From Thraustochytrium aureum (lineage: Eukaryota): a stretch of 60,279 nt of DNA. Below, piece after piece: positions 35,243 to 46,494 of this stretch. Each line of letters starts with the position of its first letter. The first letter of the stretch is position 1. A program made the position numbers and the translations under genes. The DNA is taken from the NCBI GenBank assembly GCA_012862495.1, contig BLSG01000216.1:375492-435770 (forward strand). Direction: 5' to 3'. The notes under the pieces are model-generated. The model was not told the DNA's origin. It searched no databases and saw only the letters and a program-made list of their open reading frames with translations.

Positions 35243-35992
35243 NNNNNNNNNNNNNNNNNNNNNNNNNNNNNNNNNNNNNNNNNNNNNNNNNNNNNNNNNN
35301 NNNNNNNNNNNNNNNNNNNNNNNNNNNNNNNNNNNNNNNNNNNNNNNNNNNNNNNNNNNNNNNNNNNNNNNNNNNNNNNNNNNNNNNNNNNNNNNNNNNN
35401 NNNNNNNNNNNNNNNNNNNNNNNNNNNNNNNNNNNNNNNNNNNNNNNNNNNNNNNNNNNNNNNNNNNNNNNNNNNNNNNNNNNNNNNNNNNNNNNNNNNN
35501 NNNNNNNNNNNNNNNNNNNNNNNNNNNNNNNNNNNNNNNNNNNNNNNNNNNNNNNNNNNNNNNNNNNNNNNNNNNNNNNNNNNNNNNNNNNNNNNNNNNN
35601 NNNNNNNNNNNNNNNNNNGTTTTCCTACGTTCTTTTCGTTTGTTGAAGACAAATCAAATACGGCAAGTCGCGAAGACCCAGCATCGCGGGTGCAGCAGGC
35701 CAAGTGCTGCGCTCAGGGGCGGCGCGAAGCGGAAGCGTCTTCAAACCCGCAGGCGCGCCAAAGACGCGCACCTAGGTTGTTGCACGAGACGGGAACTGGA
35801 ACTGACCAACGCTGTCGCGAGCTCGTTTTTATCAAACAGCGCGCTGGAGAGACAGCGCGGCGGCCTTGCCACGCGAGCAGGCCCCGGCTCATAGTAGCCG
35901 CCGTGGCGGCGGCAAGCCAGCAGGCCAGCGTGCAAGGCCAAGGGCTCACACCCAGGGCAGAGCAAGAGCATTCAAGCTGCGCCCGTCGCAAG

Positions 35993-36742
35993 CTAGCCGG
36001 CCCCAAGCGGCCTTCCGCCGACGCCCCAGTTGTGGCGCGCTGGATTGGCGGGCGCACCTGGTGCCCTAGCCCCGGGAGCGGGGGCAGCACCAAAGCCCTG
36101 CCCTGTCAGGTTCTCGACCATTCGAATCAGCCACTCGGGGGTGTGCAAGATCTGGCGCCCGTTGGAGAGCGGCAGCACCTCTGCCAGAAAATAGTACACG
36201 TGGCCGACAAAGACGCCGAGCAGGTCGCCGACGGGCGACTGCCCGATAAGCACGTTGAAAGCGATCAGCGCCCACGGAAGCTGCGCACCCTTGAACCGAA
36301 ATCCCCAAATGGACGTCGGTGCCTCTGGGTTGCGCTTGCTCCACAAGTAGAGAACGGCAAAGACCAGCGACTGGCCCATGAACAGGTACTGTAGGCCCCA
36401 GCCGATGGCCAAGAACATGACTGCCATGATGATCAAGGCGAAAAGGTAGTCCGGTGTCCCTCCCGCGTGCGAGGTCCTGTAGGGATCCATCTCCATCGAT
36501 GCCGAGTATCTGGTCAGGATGAACATCTGGATCAGGAAGGGAAAGCTAAACTTGCCGAAAAAGACGAAGCACGTCATGAGCCGCCACAGCTCGAACTTTT
36601 CGTACACGAGCGGCATCGACAGCGCAAGCTTTGGCCATTCGATCGTTCCAAACGACACAAGCGCGGTCGTCAGCACGGAAACGCCGAGCCAAGCCCTCGT
36701 CACGGGCGGCAGCGCTTCCCACATTTCCTGCGGCGACGACAT
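35993..36742 (-). CDS. DER1: Derlin (ERAD membrane component)
   Basis: LPPVTRAW, FELWRLMTCF.FFG, YLWSKRNP, LPW, G.FVGHVYYFL; C-terminal HNWG.GGRPLG SHP-box-like motif. Confidence 0.95.
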   Translation of the reverse strand: MSSPQEMWEALPPVTRAWLGVSVLTTALVSFGTIEWPKLALSMPLVYEKFELWRLMTCFVFFGKFSFPFLIQMFILTRYSASMEMDPYRTSHAGGTPDYLFALIIMAVMFLAIGWGLQYLFMGQSLVFAVLYLWSKRNPEAPTSIWGFRFKGAQLPWALIAFNVLIGQSPVGDLLGVFVGHVYYFLAEVLPLSNGRQILHTPEWLIRMVENLTGQGFGAAPAPGARAPGAPANPARHNWGVGGRPLGAG

Positions 36743-36866
36743 TCTCCCGCTGGTGCGCCCCGCGTGCGTACGCAGGAGGGGCTCGAGCGGACCCAACCAA
36801 GGGCCAACCCACGATAGCCGCCGCCGCTACCAGCGGGCTGCCACGCGCCGCAGACCCGGCCGCTCC

Positions 36867-36916
36867 GTCCTTCCTTCCTTCCTTCCTTCCTTCCTTCCTT
36901 CCTGCTTTCTTTCCTT
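36867..36916. repeat. (CTTC)n microsatellite upstream of Derlin
   Basis: Directly visible. Confidence 0.9.
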
Positions 36917-37010
36917 CCGCGTGCGCCCTGCGTGGCCTGCCTCTCGAGCCTCCTGCCGTTGGCCCTCTGCCCGCCTGTTGCTCGTGCGTGCTCGCTTGCC
37001 AGCTTGGCGA

Positions 37011-37357
37011 GCGATGACGTAGCCCACGTAAAACCCTTATTCCAATGGCGTAGCTCTGCCGCGCTACGTCATCGCGGACCCAAGGTGCGGCGGTGACGTA
37101 GCTCCGCGCCCTTGCGTATCTAACAGAAAGGGTTAGGTTGGCGCGCGCACCCGGCGGGCGAGTGATGTCACGCTCCGCAGCCGCCAGACACAAGGACGCC
37201 CATGACGTCATCAGGGACTCTCGCAGGACAAGCAAGATACGGCCCGCGATGACCTCACGCCATCCGCCCCTCAACGAACGTGACGTCATTGAAACGCGTG
37301 CATCCGGGCAGCACCGCAAAGGACAACGTCGCACGTCACTGGGGGTCAGAATGACGC
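37011..37357. promoter_or_regulatory. Cluster of TGACGT (CRE/UPRE-like bZIP) motifs in the Derlin/PLC divergent promoter
   Basis: About 10 exact or near-exact motifs in ~350 bp, including GCGATGACGTAGC (37011-37023) and its exact reverse complement (37063-37075). Confidence 0.65.
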
Positions 37358-37653
37358 GGTTTGGACGGACGGAAGGTGCGGAGGTGTGAGAGAGCGAAAA
37401 AGAGCGAGCCAGCATGGACAGTCAGGACGAGCAGGCAGGAGGCAGGCAGGCAGGCAGGCGCGGAGCAGGCAGACACCGAACGGGGCGAAGAGCGGGGCAA
37501 CAACGGAGAGGGCGAGCAACGGGGAGGCGAACGGAGAGGGTGCGCAGCAGGAGCAGCGGCGGCAGGTTGGGGGAGAGGGCCGGCTGGCTGAGCCAAGGCT
37601 CTGCAGGGCGAACCGCTGTCACGTGACGGCAGCCAAGTGCGCTCGAGGGGACG

Positions 37654-39867
37654 ATGGGGTGCTCGCAGTCGAAGAGCGGCAAGCAGGCGGCAAAGCAAGC
37701 TGCTGACCGGATCGGCGAGCGGACGATCAGGAGCTTTGACACGAGAATGCGGGCCGAGTGGGCCGCAGGCGACAAGAACGGCGACGGGTCGCTCTCGTTC
37801 AAGGAGGTCAAGAGGCTCATGAAGAAGCTCAACGTAGCCATTCCAGAGCGCGAGCTGAAGAAGGAGTTTGACAAGTACGACAAGGACGGCAACAAAGAGC
37901 TCGACTTTGACGAGTTCCAGAAGATGTTTCAGGCCGTCCAGTCGCTGCCCGATCTTCTCGCCGTCTTCAAAGCTGCCTGCGGAAACCAAGACGCGATGGT
38001 GGCTGAGGAGCTGCAACGCTACATGACCTCTTCGAGCAACGGCAAGGTCAACCTCAGCATCAAGGATTGCGTGCGGCTGATCCTGCTCCACGAAGGCGCC
38101 AGCGACGACGAGGTTCGCAAGTCGCTCGGCGCGAACCCGGTGGACACGGAGGAGGACCAGGAGACCTTCCTCGAGGAGCCGCTGCTGAGCTATGACGGCT
38201 TCCTGCGCTTGATGACCGACCCGATGTTCAACTCCGCCATGGACCAGCGCAAGTACAACCACGTCTACCAGGACATGGACCAGCCCCTGAGCCACTACTT
38301 CATCTCGAGCTCGCACAACTCGTACTTGAGCGGCAACCAGCTGAGCAGCGAGTCGACCCCGGCGGCAATCTCCAAGGCGCTCAAGCTGGGCGTGCGCGTG
38401 ATCGAGCTGGACGCATGGGACGGCCCGAACGGACAGCCGATCGTCAACCACGGCCACACAATGTGCAAGCCAACGAGCCTCGAAGGCTGCCTCCGAGCCA
38501 TCAGCGAGGACGGGTTCAAGTCCTCAGAGTACCCAGTCATCATCACCATCGAAAACCACTGCTCAGTGGAACAGCAAAAGGTGCAGATGGACCTCATCGA
38601 GTCCATCTTTGGCGACAAGCTTTACCGATGGGACGGCGTGGAAAAGGATGGGCGCCGGGACTGGACTGTCGGCCCGCCCGAGTGGGCGTCCCCTCAAGAT
38701 CTCAAGGGCCGCGTCGTGATCCGCGACAAGCCCCAAAAGAAAAAGTCAAAGTCAAAGAAGGACAAAAAGTCCTCGCCGACGTCGGGCAGGTCCACCGAGG
38801 ACTCTGGAAGCATCTCCGCCTCTGCCTCGCTTTCGGAGGCCGCTGATCGCGCTGGGCCAGACGGACTCAACGTGGACGCAATTCAGTCGCAGCAGTCGAT
38901 GGCCGTCGACGACGACATCGCGCTGACCGAGCGCTCGATTCGCGCGCTCGTGAGCGGGGACGGCGACGACGAGGAGGAGGACGAGGACGCCGACTACGAG
39001 GCGGCGCAGCGCATGGGCACCGATGAGCGCCTACTGCGCGTCATGTACATTAAGAACGTCAAGATCAAGAGCCACATCTCCAAGGAAAGGCAGGTTGTGC
39101 AGTACGAGGAGCCGGCGTTTCGCAGTTCTTCCAGCCTCGGCGAGAGCAAGATGCTCAAGCTCACCAAGCCCGGCTTTGCCGCCCGCGACCTGGCCGCTTA
39201 CGCGCAACGGCACCTCGTCCGCGTGTACCCTGCGGGCTCGCGCGTGGACTCGTCCAACTACGACCCCAACCCGGCGTGGGCCGCCGGGGCGCAGGTTGTG
39301 GCGCTCAATTACCAGACCAACACCATGCCGACCTGGCTCAACCAGGGCAAGTTTTCCGACAACGGCGGCTCGGGCTACGTGCTCAAGCCCGACTTTCTGC
39401 AGACCGGCGGCGACGTGCCGTCGCCCTGGAGCGCGCAGCCGACCGAGGTGCTCACCACCGTCAAGGTGACGGTTATCTCGGGCCACTACCTGCCGAAGCC
39501 GCTCGGCAAGAGCGAGAAGAGCGAGGTCATCGACCCGTACGTCGAGGTCTCCATGTTTGGTGTCGAGGCCGACTACAAAAAGTGCACCACCAAGCACATC
39601 GACGACAACGGCTTCAACCCTACCTGGAACGAGACCTTCAGCTTCGCGTGCCGCGCTCCGGAGCTCGCGCTGCTCAGCTTCGTTGTCAACGACCACGACC
39701 TCGTGGGCAAGGACGACTTCATCGGCCAGCGCGTCCTCCCGCTCACCGCCGTCGTGCCGGGCCACAAAGTCATCCCGCTCAACTTCGACAACGGGGCGCC
39801 GCAGGACTCGTACCTCTTCGTCCGCATCCAGTTCTCGCCCTCGCCGCCGACCTCCTCCACCGACTAG
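37654..39867 (+). CDS. PLC: Phosphoinositide-specific phospholipase C (EF-hand, X, Y, C2) with N-terminal MGC acylation motif
   Basis: QDMDQPLSHYFISSSHNSYL, VRVIELDAWDG, HGHT, YPVIITIENHCS, RVYPAGSRVDSSNY, NGGSGYVLKP, C2 domain (DPYVEV, NGFNPTWNE); intact ORF. Confidence 0.97.
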   Translation: MGCSQSKSGKQAAKQAADRIGERTIRSFDTRMRAEWAAGDKNGDGSLSFKEVKRLMKKLNVAIPERELKKEFDKYDKDGNKELDFDEFQKMFQAVQSLPDLLAVFKAACGNQDAMVAEELQRYMTSSSNGKVNLSIKDCVRLILLHEGASDDEVRKSLGANPVDTEEDQETFLEEPLLSYDGFLRLMTDPMFNSAMDQRKYNHVYQDMDQPLSHYFISSSHNSYLSGNQLSSESTPAAISKALKLGVRVIELDAWDGPNGQPIVNHGHTMCKPTSLEGCLRAISEDGFKSSEYPVIITIENHCSVEQQKVQMDLIESIFGDKLYRWDGVEKDGRRDWTVGPPEWASPQDLKGRVVIRDKPQKKKSKSKKDKKSSPTSGRSTEDSGSISASASLSEAADRAGPDGLNVDAIQSQQSMAVDDDIALTERSIRALVSGDGDDEEEDEDADYEAAQRMGTDERLLRVMYIKNVKIKSHISKERQVVQYEEPAFRSSSSLGESKMLKLTKPGFAARDLAAYAQRHLVRVYPAGSRVDSSNYDPNPAWAAGAQVVALNYQTNTMPTWLNQGKFSDNGGSGYVLKPDFLQTGGDVPSPWSAQPTEVLTTVKVTVISGHYLPKPLGKSEKSEVIDPYVEVSMFGVEADYKKCTTKHIDDNGFNPTWNETFSFACRAPELALLSFVVNDHDLVGKDDFIGQRVLPLTAVVPGHKVIPLNFDNGAPQDSYLFVRIQFSPSPPTSSTD

Positions 39868-39919
39868 CTCTCTCGCTCCAGCTAGTAGAGAGCCTCCAGC
39901 TGGGCGAAGGCGCGCCGCC

Positions 39920-39922
<3 letters not shown>

Positions 39923-39962
<40 letters not shown>
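39923..39962. repeat. (CAG)n microsatellite adjoining a gap
   Basis: Directly visible. Confidence 0.92.
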
Positions 39963-39964
<2 letters not shown>

Positions 39965-40567
39965 NNNNNNNNNNNNNNNNNNNNNNNNNNNNNNNNNNNN
40001 NNNNNNNNNNNNNNNNNNNNNNNNNNNNNNNNNNNNNNNNNNNNNNNNNNNNNNNNNNNNNNNNNNNNNNNNNNNNNNNNNNNNNNNNNNNNNNNNNNNN
40101 NNNNNNNNNNNNNNNNNNNNNNNNNNNNNNNNNNNNNNNNNNNNNNNNNNNNNNNNNNNNNNNNNNNNNNNNNNNNNNNNNNNNNNNNNNNNNNNNNNNN
40201 NNNNNNNNNNNNNNNNNNNNNNNNNNNNNNNNNNNNNNNNNNNNNNNNNNNNNNNNNNNNNNNNNNNNNNNNNNNNNNNNNNNNNNNNNNNNNNNNNNNN
40301 NNNNNNNNNNNNNNNNNNNNNNNNNNNNNNNNNNNNNNNNNNNNNNNNNNNNNNNNNNNNNNNNNNNNNNNNNNNNNNNNNNNNNNNNNNNNNNNNNNNN
40401 NNNNNNNNNNNNNNNNNNNNNNNNNNNNNNNNNNNNNNNNNNNNNNNNNNNNNNNNNNNNNNNNNNNNNNNNNNNNNNNNNNNNNNNNNNNNNNNNNNNN
40501 NNNNNNNNAACATCAAACAAAACTTGGCTTGGTTACGGTGCCGGTAGGGAGTACCTACCGGTAATCT

Positions 40568-43500
40568 TTATGTTCCAGCTACGCCATTGTCAGCGCCCGC
40601 GCGTCCGCTTGAGCGGAGTCGGGGCTGTCCCTGCCGCCTAGCTCTGCTGCCGGAGTCGGGGCTGTCCCTGCCGCCTAGCTCTGCTGCCGTGGCCTCTCGC
40701 GTGATGAGGATCCGTCGTTGAGGCCCGTGTTCAGATTGAAAGAGCAGATCCTCGCCCTCGCCCTCGCTGTCCGAGCCGTCAGATTCGTCGGACGTGCTCT
40801 GGTTGCAGTCCACCCCAGAAGAACAAGCACCTACTCCTGAGCCTGTCACGGACGTAGCCAGTCCGCGGCTGTGCCGCAGAGCAAGATACTTGACCGGCTC
40901 GCGCGCGAAAGCGGCAATGTCCGCTGTGCAGAGCGCAACAAAGGCGACAAGTTCAAAAATCAGCGCGGCCGCGACCCAGGAACGGATGTCGAGCACCGCT
41001 GCATCGCCCTGGGAGTATTCTTGAAACGAGTGCATGAGTGCGCACGCGCATGCGTTGAAAAGCACGGCCTGCGAGATCAGGGCAAGCCACGCGTCCGTCC
41101 CGCGGAGGTAGGGCTTTACATGCTGAAGGAGAAGAACCGCCGCACCAGTCAGCAACAGGCAGACAAAGATTCCCATTTGGTGTGACTGCGTCGCGTTGAA
41201 GACGACGAGCGGCGCCGTTGTCTGCAGCACCTTGCGCAGCAGCTCGTAGGCTTCAAACCAATACCCGTCCACCGTGTACGGTCGGTGCAAAAAGCTGATC
41301 CGCTCAATCTTGTGCTTCTGGTGCTGGGACCAGTCGAGGGCTGCAACCCGCCGAGTCGAGCGAATGCTCCACAGCAAGACCGTGTAGATTAACAAAATCC
41401 CCACCGGGTACACAAAGACCATGGCCACGGCATATGCGGTCCACCTGCCATGCACAGGAGCGTCGCAGCTGACGCGAGGGTCCACCGCGAGAGCGCGTCT
41501 TGGCACAGCGACACCATCTCCTGTTGGGTACGAGTCGCAGATGAACGTCTCAAATATCTTGCGTGAGACGCCAGGGTAGACCATGAAGAACAAAAAGAGG
41601 ACCATGGTCGTCGCCTCCGTCTTGGCTTGCATGATCGCATCGTGGGAGCGACGGTACAGAAATCGAACCACAGCAAACACGGCCCCAATGAGGATCACAA
41701 ACACGGCTGGCGACACTGTATACAAAAACAGCGAGTCGTAGTGGCCGTGGTCCCACGCGCAGCGAACGGTCACGAGATCCAGGAGAGCCGAGACGTCAAA
41801 GTCGACGAGGGCAAGAACCCGAGCCAGACCAGGGGTCAAACTGAGCACAGGAGAGTCGAATGTCTTGGTGAAGGCAAGGTACACTTGGATGAACCCGAGA
41901 AAGATGCGCAGCTTTACCCACACACACTCCTCCAGCCCCTTGCTGGCCGCGTCCACGCGTCGCTGGAGCTTTGACTTCCACGACGAATGGCCTGTGGCGT
42001 CTGCGCTGGCCAACGGGCCAGAGCCGTAACGCACTTCGCTTCCGGGGCTCGCCCCACGCGGGGACCTGGCGTCTGCATTCTCTGCTTGAAGACCTTGAGC
42101 CGTCTGTTGATCGTGCTGCACGCGCACGAGCTGAACCGTGCAGTCTGTTAGCGCCGTTTGTTCCAATCGCTCCACAATGCACCCTGTGTGCCAGAATGTC
42201 TCTTGATTGCTGGCATCTTCAACGCGGAAGCCGTCTTCTGTGAGTGGAGCCCCACACCTGGCGCAGACACAGAAAGGCGCACAAACGCTATGACCGGGTT
42301 CTCCGTTGCTGAGGCTTTCGCGGGCCTCGGCTTGGGGATTATTCCACTGTGCAGGCCCGGAGCCAGGGCATTCCGCGCGCGGCGACGGCACTACTGTGGC
42401 TCTGTCAAGCTTGACCATTGCAAACGCCTCTGCGCGGACGATGCTGCGGTAGTGCGCTGTTCGCGCTGCATGCAGGACGCGCAGTAAGCCTCCGAGCATT
42501 GCAAGGAGCACAAAGAGCGTCCAGCCCGTCAGTGCAGTCGTGTCTTGCTGGAGGTCTACGCTCGTGCACAGCTCGCAAGTGCCATCGGCGGCTTTGATGG
42601 CGTAACCAGCCTCGCAGGCCAGGCACTGCACTCCGGTGTGGTGCACCGTGCAGTATGGCACGCGCGAAAGGGGGTCTCCGGTCTGCTGACAAAACTCTGT
42701 GTCGCGGCAATGCACAACCCGAATCGACTTGTTGCTCTCCCGCCAGTACCCGGGTTGAAGCTGGAGCGACTCGGAGGTCACACCTATGGCCGAGCAGACC
42801 ATGCCCGTCGTGCACGTTCGGGCGACAGGGTCTGCGCCAGTTAGGTCTTTGAAGAACCCCCGTCCCGTGGTGCAGTACTCGGCTGCAGCCGTTGCGTCGC
42901 TTGTGGTTTCCGGGAACTCCTCTGGGCAGGCCGTGCAGCGCGTCTCGTTCAACGAGCGGTACGAGCCTAGCTCACAGGGTTCGCAGGTCATCCCCTCATT
43001 GGTCGTTCTCTTTTCATATCCAGCGGGGCACGGCGGGCGAGTCGAAACAAAGAAGGGCTCCGATAGCGGGCCACCTCCTGCATTCGTAAACGCTTGGATG
43101 CGCACGGCGTATTGCGCTCCCGGCAGCAGATTCGTCACCCGGCAAAACTCAGTAGAGACCGTGATGACTCGAGTCTTGCGCCGACAAGGCCAAGGACTTT
43201 GGCAGACTGCACGCCGCGCGGGCCTTGCACATGGCCCTCGTCGTCTCTTGCCGGCATCGGGCTGACGTTCGGGGCCACGGTACTCCGAGGCTCTATGCGC
43301 ACCACATACTTGACGAGACGCCCGTTGGGATCTTTTGGCGGAGCCCACTCGATGAAAAACTCGGTGTCCTGCGCGGCGCTCATGACGAGGCCCTGCGGCG
43401 CGCTAGCTGGCGCGTCTTCTAACGTGCTAAATCGCATTGGCCACGTTGCCGGTCCCATAGAGAACCGCGAGATGCGTTCTCCGTCTGCGTCCTTGACGTC

Positions 43501-45617
43501 GAAGCGCGCAAACCCTGTCCGCACTTCGACCTCGTACGTCTGAAACGGCTTCAAATCGGCGAGAGGCAAGACGACCTGCGACGTATTGGGCATGATAAAG
43601 GGACTTGCTGTGCAACAGCGCCTTTTCACCTCGAGCGAGGCGGAGCTCGTGTAGACGACCTGGAAGAACATGCCGTGCGCGTCAAAAGCCGAGACTGGAC
43701 GCTGCAGCAAAGACTTGGGGAGTGGAAATGACCTGCAGTCCCAACACGGGTCGCCGCCGAGGGCGCTGTCAAACAGTTGCTGCCCTTGTGCGAGAAGCTC
43801 TTGCTCGTCGAAGGCCCACTGAAGCAGGGCGCTGGTCTTGTTCGCCTCTGCGACGCGCAGGTTGCGAGGGTGCCCGCAAGGCGTAGAGTAGCTGTAGCGA
43901 AGCAACGAAGCCGGCACCCCGCCGTACGAGTTGACGTTGGCGCACAGAACGCTGTCCTCTTTGTGCAAAACGTTGCTGAGGTGCGAGTCCGCGCTGTCGC
44001 GCGAGAAAAGGCTGCCGAACCAGCTAGTCAGCGCGCAGTCGCAGACGAGCGAGCAGCCGTCAAGGCGAACCTCTGCTTCACGGAGCTCGAGTGGGGCCGT
44101 GAATCCGGTCAGGCCCTTGTTGTTGTGCAGGTCGAGCTCGGCGAGGCTCGGTGCGAGCTTGGGGATTTCCCCGCGCAAGTTGTTGTTGCCGAGTCGGAGC
44201 GTGAGCAGGTCCTCGAGGTTGCCGACCTCAGGTGGGATCGTACCTGTGAGGGACGCTCGCTCGACGGAGAGCGTGGCGAGCGCGCTGAGGGAGCCCAGCT
44301 CACGGGGCAAGGGCCCGGGGCGCAGAGCGTTTCCTCCTAGCGCGAGTGTGCGCAGGTGCCGGAACGTGCTTGCCTCTGGCGGGACGGTGCCTGTGAGCTT
44401 GTTGTCGTTGAGGAGCAGGTGCCGTAGGCCACCAAGCCGGAGGAACTCGCGCGGGATAGCGGCCCTGTGAGCGAGTTTCCCTGAAGATCAACGACGCGCA
44501 AATTCGAGAGTTTGGCAAAGTCAACCTGCAGCGGGCCCGACAAGTTTTGGTTGGCGAGCACGAGACGGCGTAGCTTGCTGAGTGCGAAAACAAACTGCGG
44601 AATTGGACCGCGCAGGCCGGCTCCTTGCCCGCCGCCGCGCAATTTACCTGCTTCCTCAGGTGGGCCCCGGATTTGGAGGTCCTCTAGCAAGCTGAGTCGT
44701 CCCAGTGTGGCCGGGAGCGACTCCTGGAAGGCGCCCTCGAGGTCCAAAGTCTGCAGTTCTCGTAGAGCTCCAAGTGACTCTGGAATCTCGCCACCCAGGT
44801 TTCCGCGGAGGACGAGTTTTCGGAGGCTTTCAAGCTGTCCTAGTGCGGCCGGTATTGTGCCGCGCAGGGCGTCGCCTAGTTCCAGCGACACGAGCTGTTT
44901 CAGGTTGCCGAGGCTCGCAGGAACCGTGCCTTCCAACTGGCTCGGCAAGTTTGCGCCAGCTAACGTGAGGCGCTGCAACATTGTGAGCGCTCCGAGCTCC
45001 TCAGGCACGGTGCCTTTCAGAAACAAGCGCAGCTCGAGGGAAACCAGCTTCGTGAGCTGGCCCACAGACTGCGGAATGCTCCAAGCTAGAGCGGTGGTGT
45101 TTTCCGCGTTGCTAATGTCCTCGCACGAAATGGAAGAGTACTTTCGCGCTCCGCTCAACATCTTGTCAAGCAACTCATAGCCGCGCGAGAAGGCGAGACA
45201 CGCGGGTTTGCACTGGCAGAATATCTCTGGGCCCCATTCGCTCACATATTCCGAGCTAGCGTAGGCAGTGTACAGCTCATCGTCGCCTCTGTCGTCCTCG
45301 TCCCCGTCCCCGTCCTCGTCCTCGTCTTCATCGTCATCGAACCAGCTTTTGTAGTTTTCGTCTTGCTCGTCATCCGCCGCTTCTCCATCGTCCTTGCCTT
45401 TTAATTTCCGCAGCGCTCGCCCCGAGGCCCGCGCCCGCCGCTGTCTTTCCGTTTGGGCTCCAGTTTCCGGTCCGCGGCCAGCGCTGTTCTTCCCCCTGAC
45501 GGCAAGCAGCGCTCGCGTTTCGCCCTGGCTCAGACCTGCGCCGGCGTTGTTCGCGCGGCCGCTGGCGAGGCTCGCCACCGCAAGGAGGACCGCCGCCGCA
45601 GCAACGGAGCCTTTCAT
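40568..45617 (-). CDS. Receptor-like protein: signal peptide, LRRs, LRRCT-like cap, 2x FN3, Cys-rich repeats, multi-TM C-terminus (several indels)
   Basis: MKGSVAAAAVLLAVASLA; L.G.IP..LG.L..L..L.L repeats; VCDCALTSW; WAPPKDPNG and NLLPGAQYAVRIQAFTNAGGGP; CPAGY..CEPCELGSY; GYWR; KLRIFLGFIQV, YPGVS, L..DPRVSC, YPVGI, YWFEAYELLRK, KPY. Confidence 0.8.
40614..40689. repeat. Perfect 37-bp tandem duplication at the 3' end of the receptor CDS
   Basis: CGGAGTCGGGGCTGTCCCTGCCGCCTAGCTCTGCTGC at 40614 and 40651. Confidence 0.9.
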
Positions 45618-46494
45618 CCTCCTGACCGTCCGAGGCGCCGAGTTGGCCTCTCCCAGCCCTGCCGGCCTGCGCTTCGGCGGGCGTCTGCGAGCGGGGCGGC
45701 GGGCGCCCAGCAGCAGCCGACAGGCCTGCGACTCGTGCAGCTCTGCGGGACGTCGAAGCGTCAGGCAGCGTTGCTCGCGGCAATTGCACTTGGCACCCGT
45801 CCGTTTGCACTCCTTCTCGCAAGCGTGTCGCAAGCATGGAGCATGGAGCAAGCCGAGCCAAACCTCTCCGACACGTCCCAGCGAGCACTGCAAACCCAGC
45901 GCGTCGGGCGGCGTGCCCGGTGATACTCCAGTCCTCCCGAGCGCGCAGACCACGACCAAGTGCCGCGAGAACGAAACGACTGATCACTCGCTCGTGTGCC
46001 GAAGGGCCGCAAGGACTCCAGCGATGCCCCGAGCGAGACGACCGAGACCGCGCCCGTCCCACGCCATCGCCAACGTTCCGAAACTGTGAGTCGGAGGTCG
46101 GCACCAGTTGGTACTCTACTCTACACCCTGAGGCAAGGCCCAGGCAGGCGGGCAGGCAGGCACTGGCAGGCAGCACAAGCGCCCGTCCACTGCTGGAAGT
46201 GCGAGCTCGGCCCGTCCCACAAGGGATGCAANNNNNNNNNNNNNNNNNNNNNNNNNNNNNNNNNNNNNNNNNNNNNNNNNNNNNNNNNNNNNNNNNNNNN
46301 NNNNNNNNNNNNNNNNNNNNNNNNNNNNNNNNNNNNNNNNNNNNNNNNNNNNNNNNNNNNNNNNNNNNNNNNNNNNNNNNNNNNNNNNNNNNNNNNNNNN
46401 NNNNNNNNNNNNNNNNNNNNNNNNNNNNNNNNNNNNNNNNNNNNNNNNNNNNNNNNNNNNNNNNNNNNNNNNNNNNNNNNNNNNNNNNNNNNNN

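Noticed and set aside
39923..39962. PolyQ coding tract
   Set aside because: Lies downstream of the PLC stop codon (39867); non-coding microsatellite
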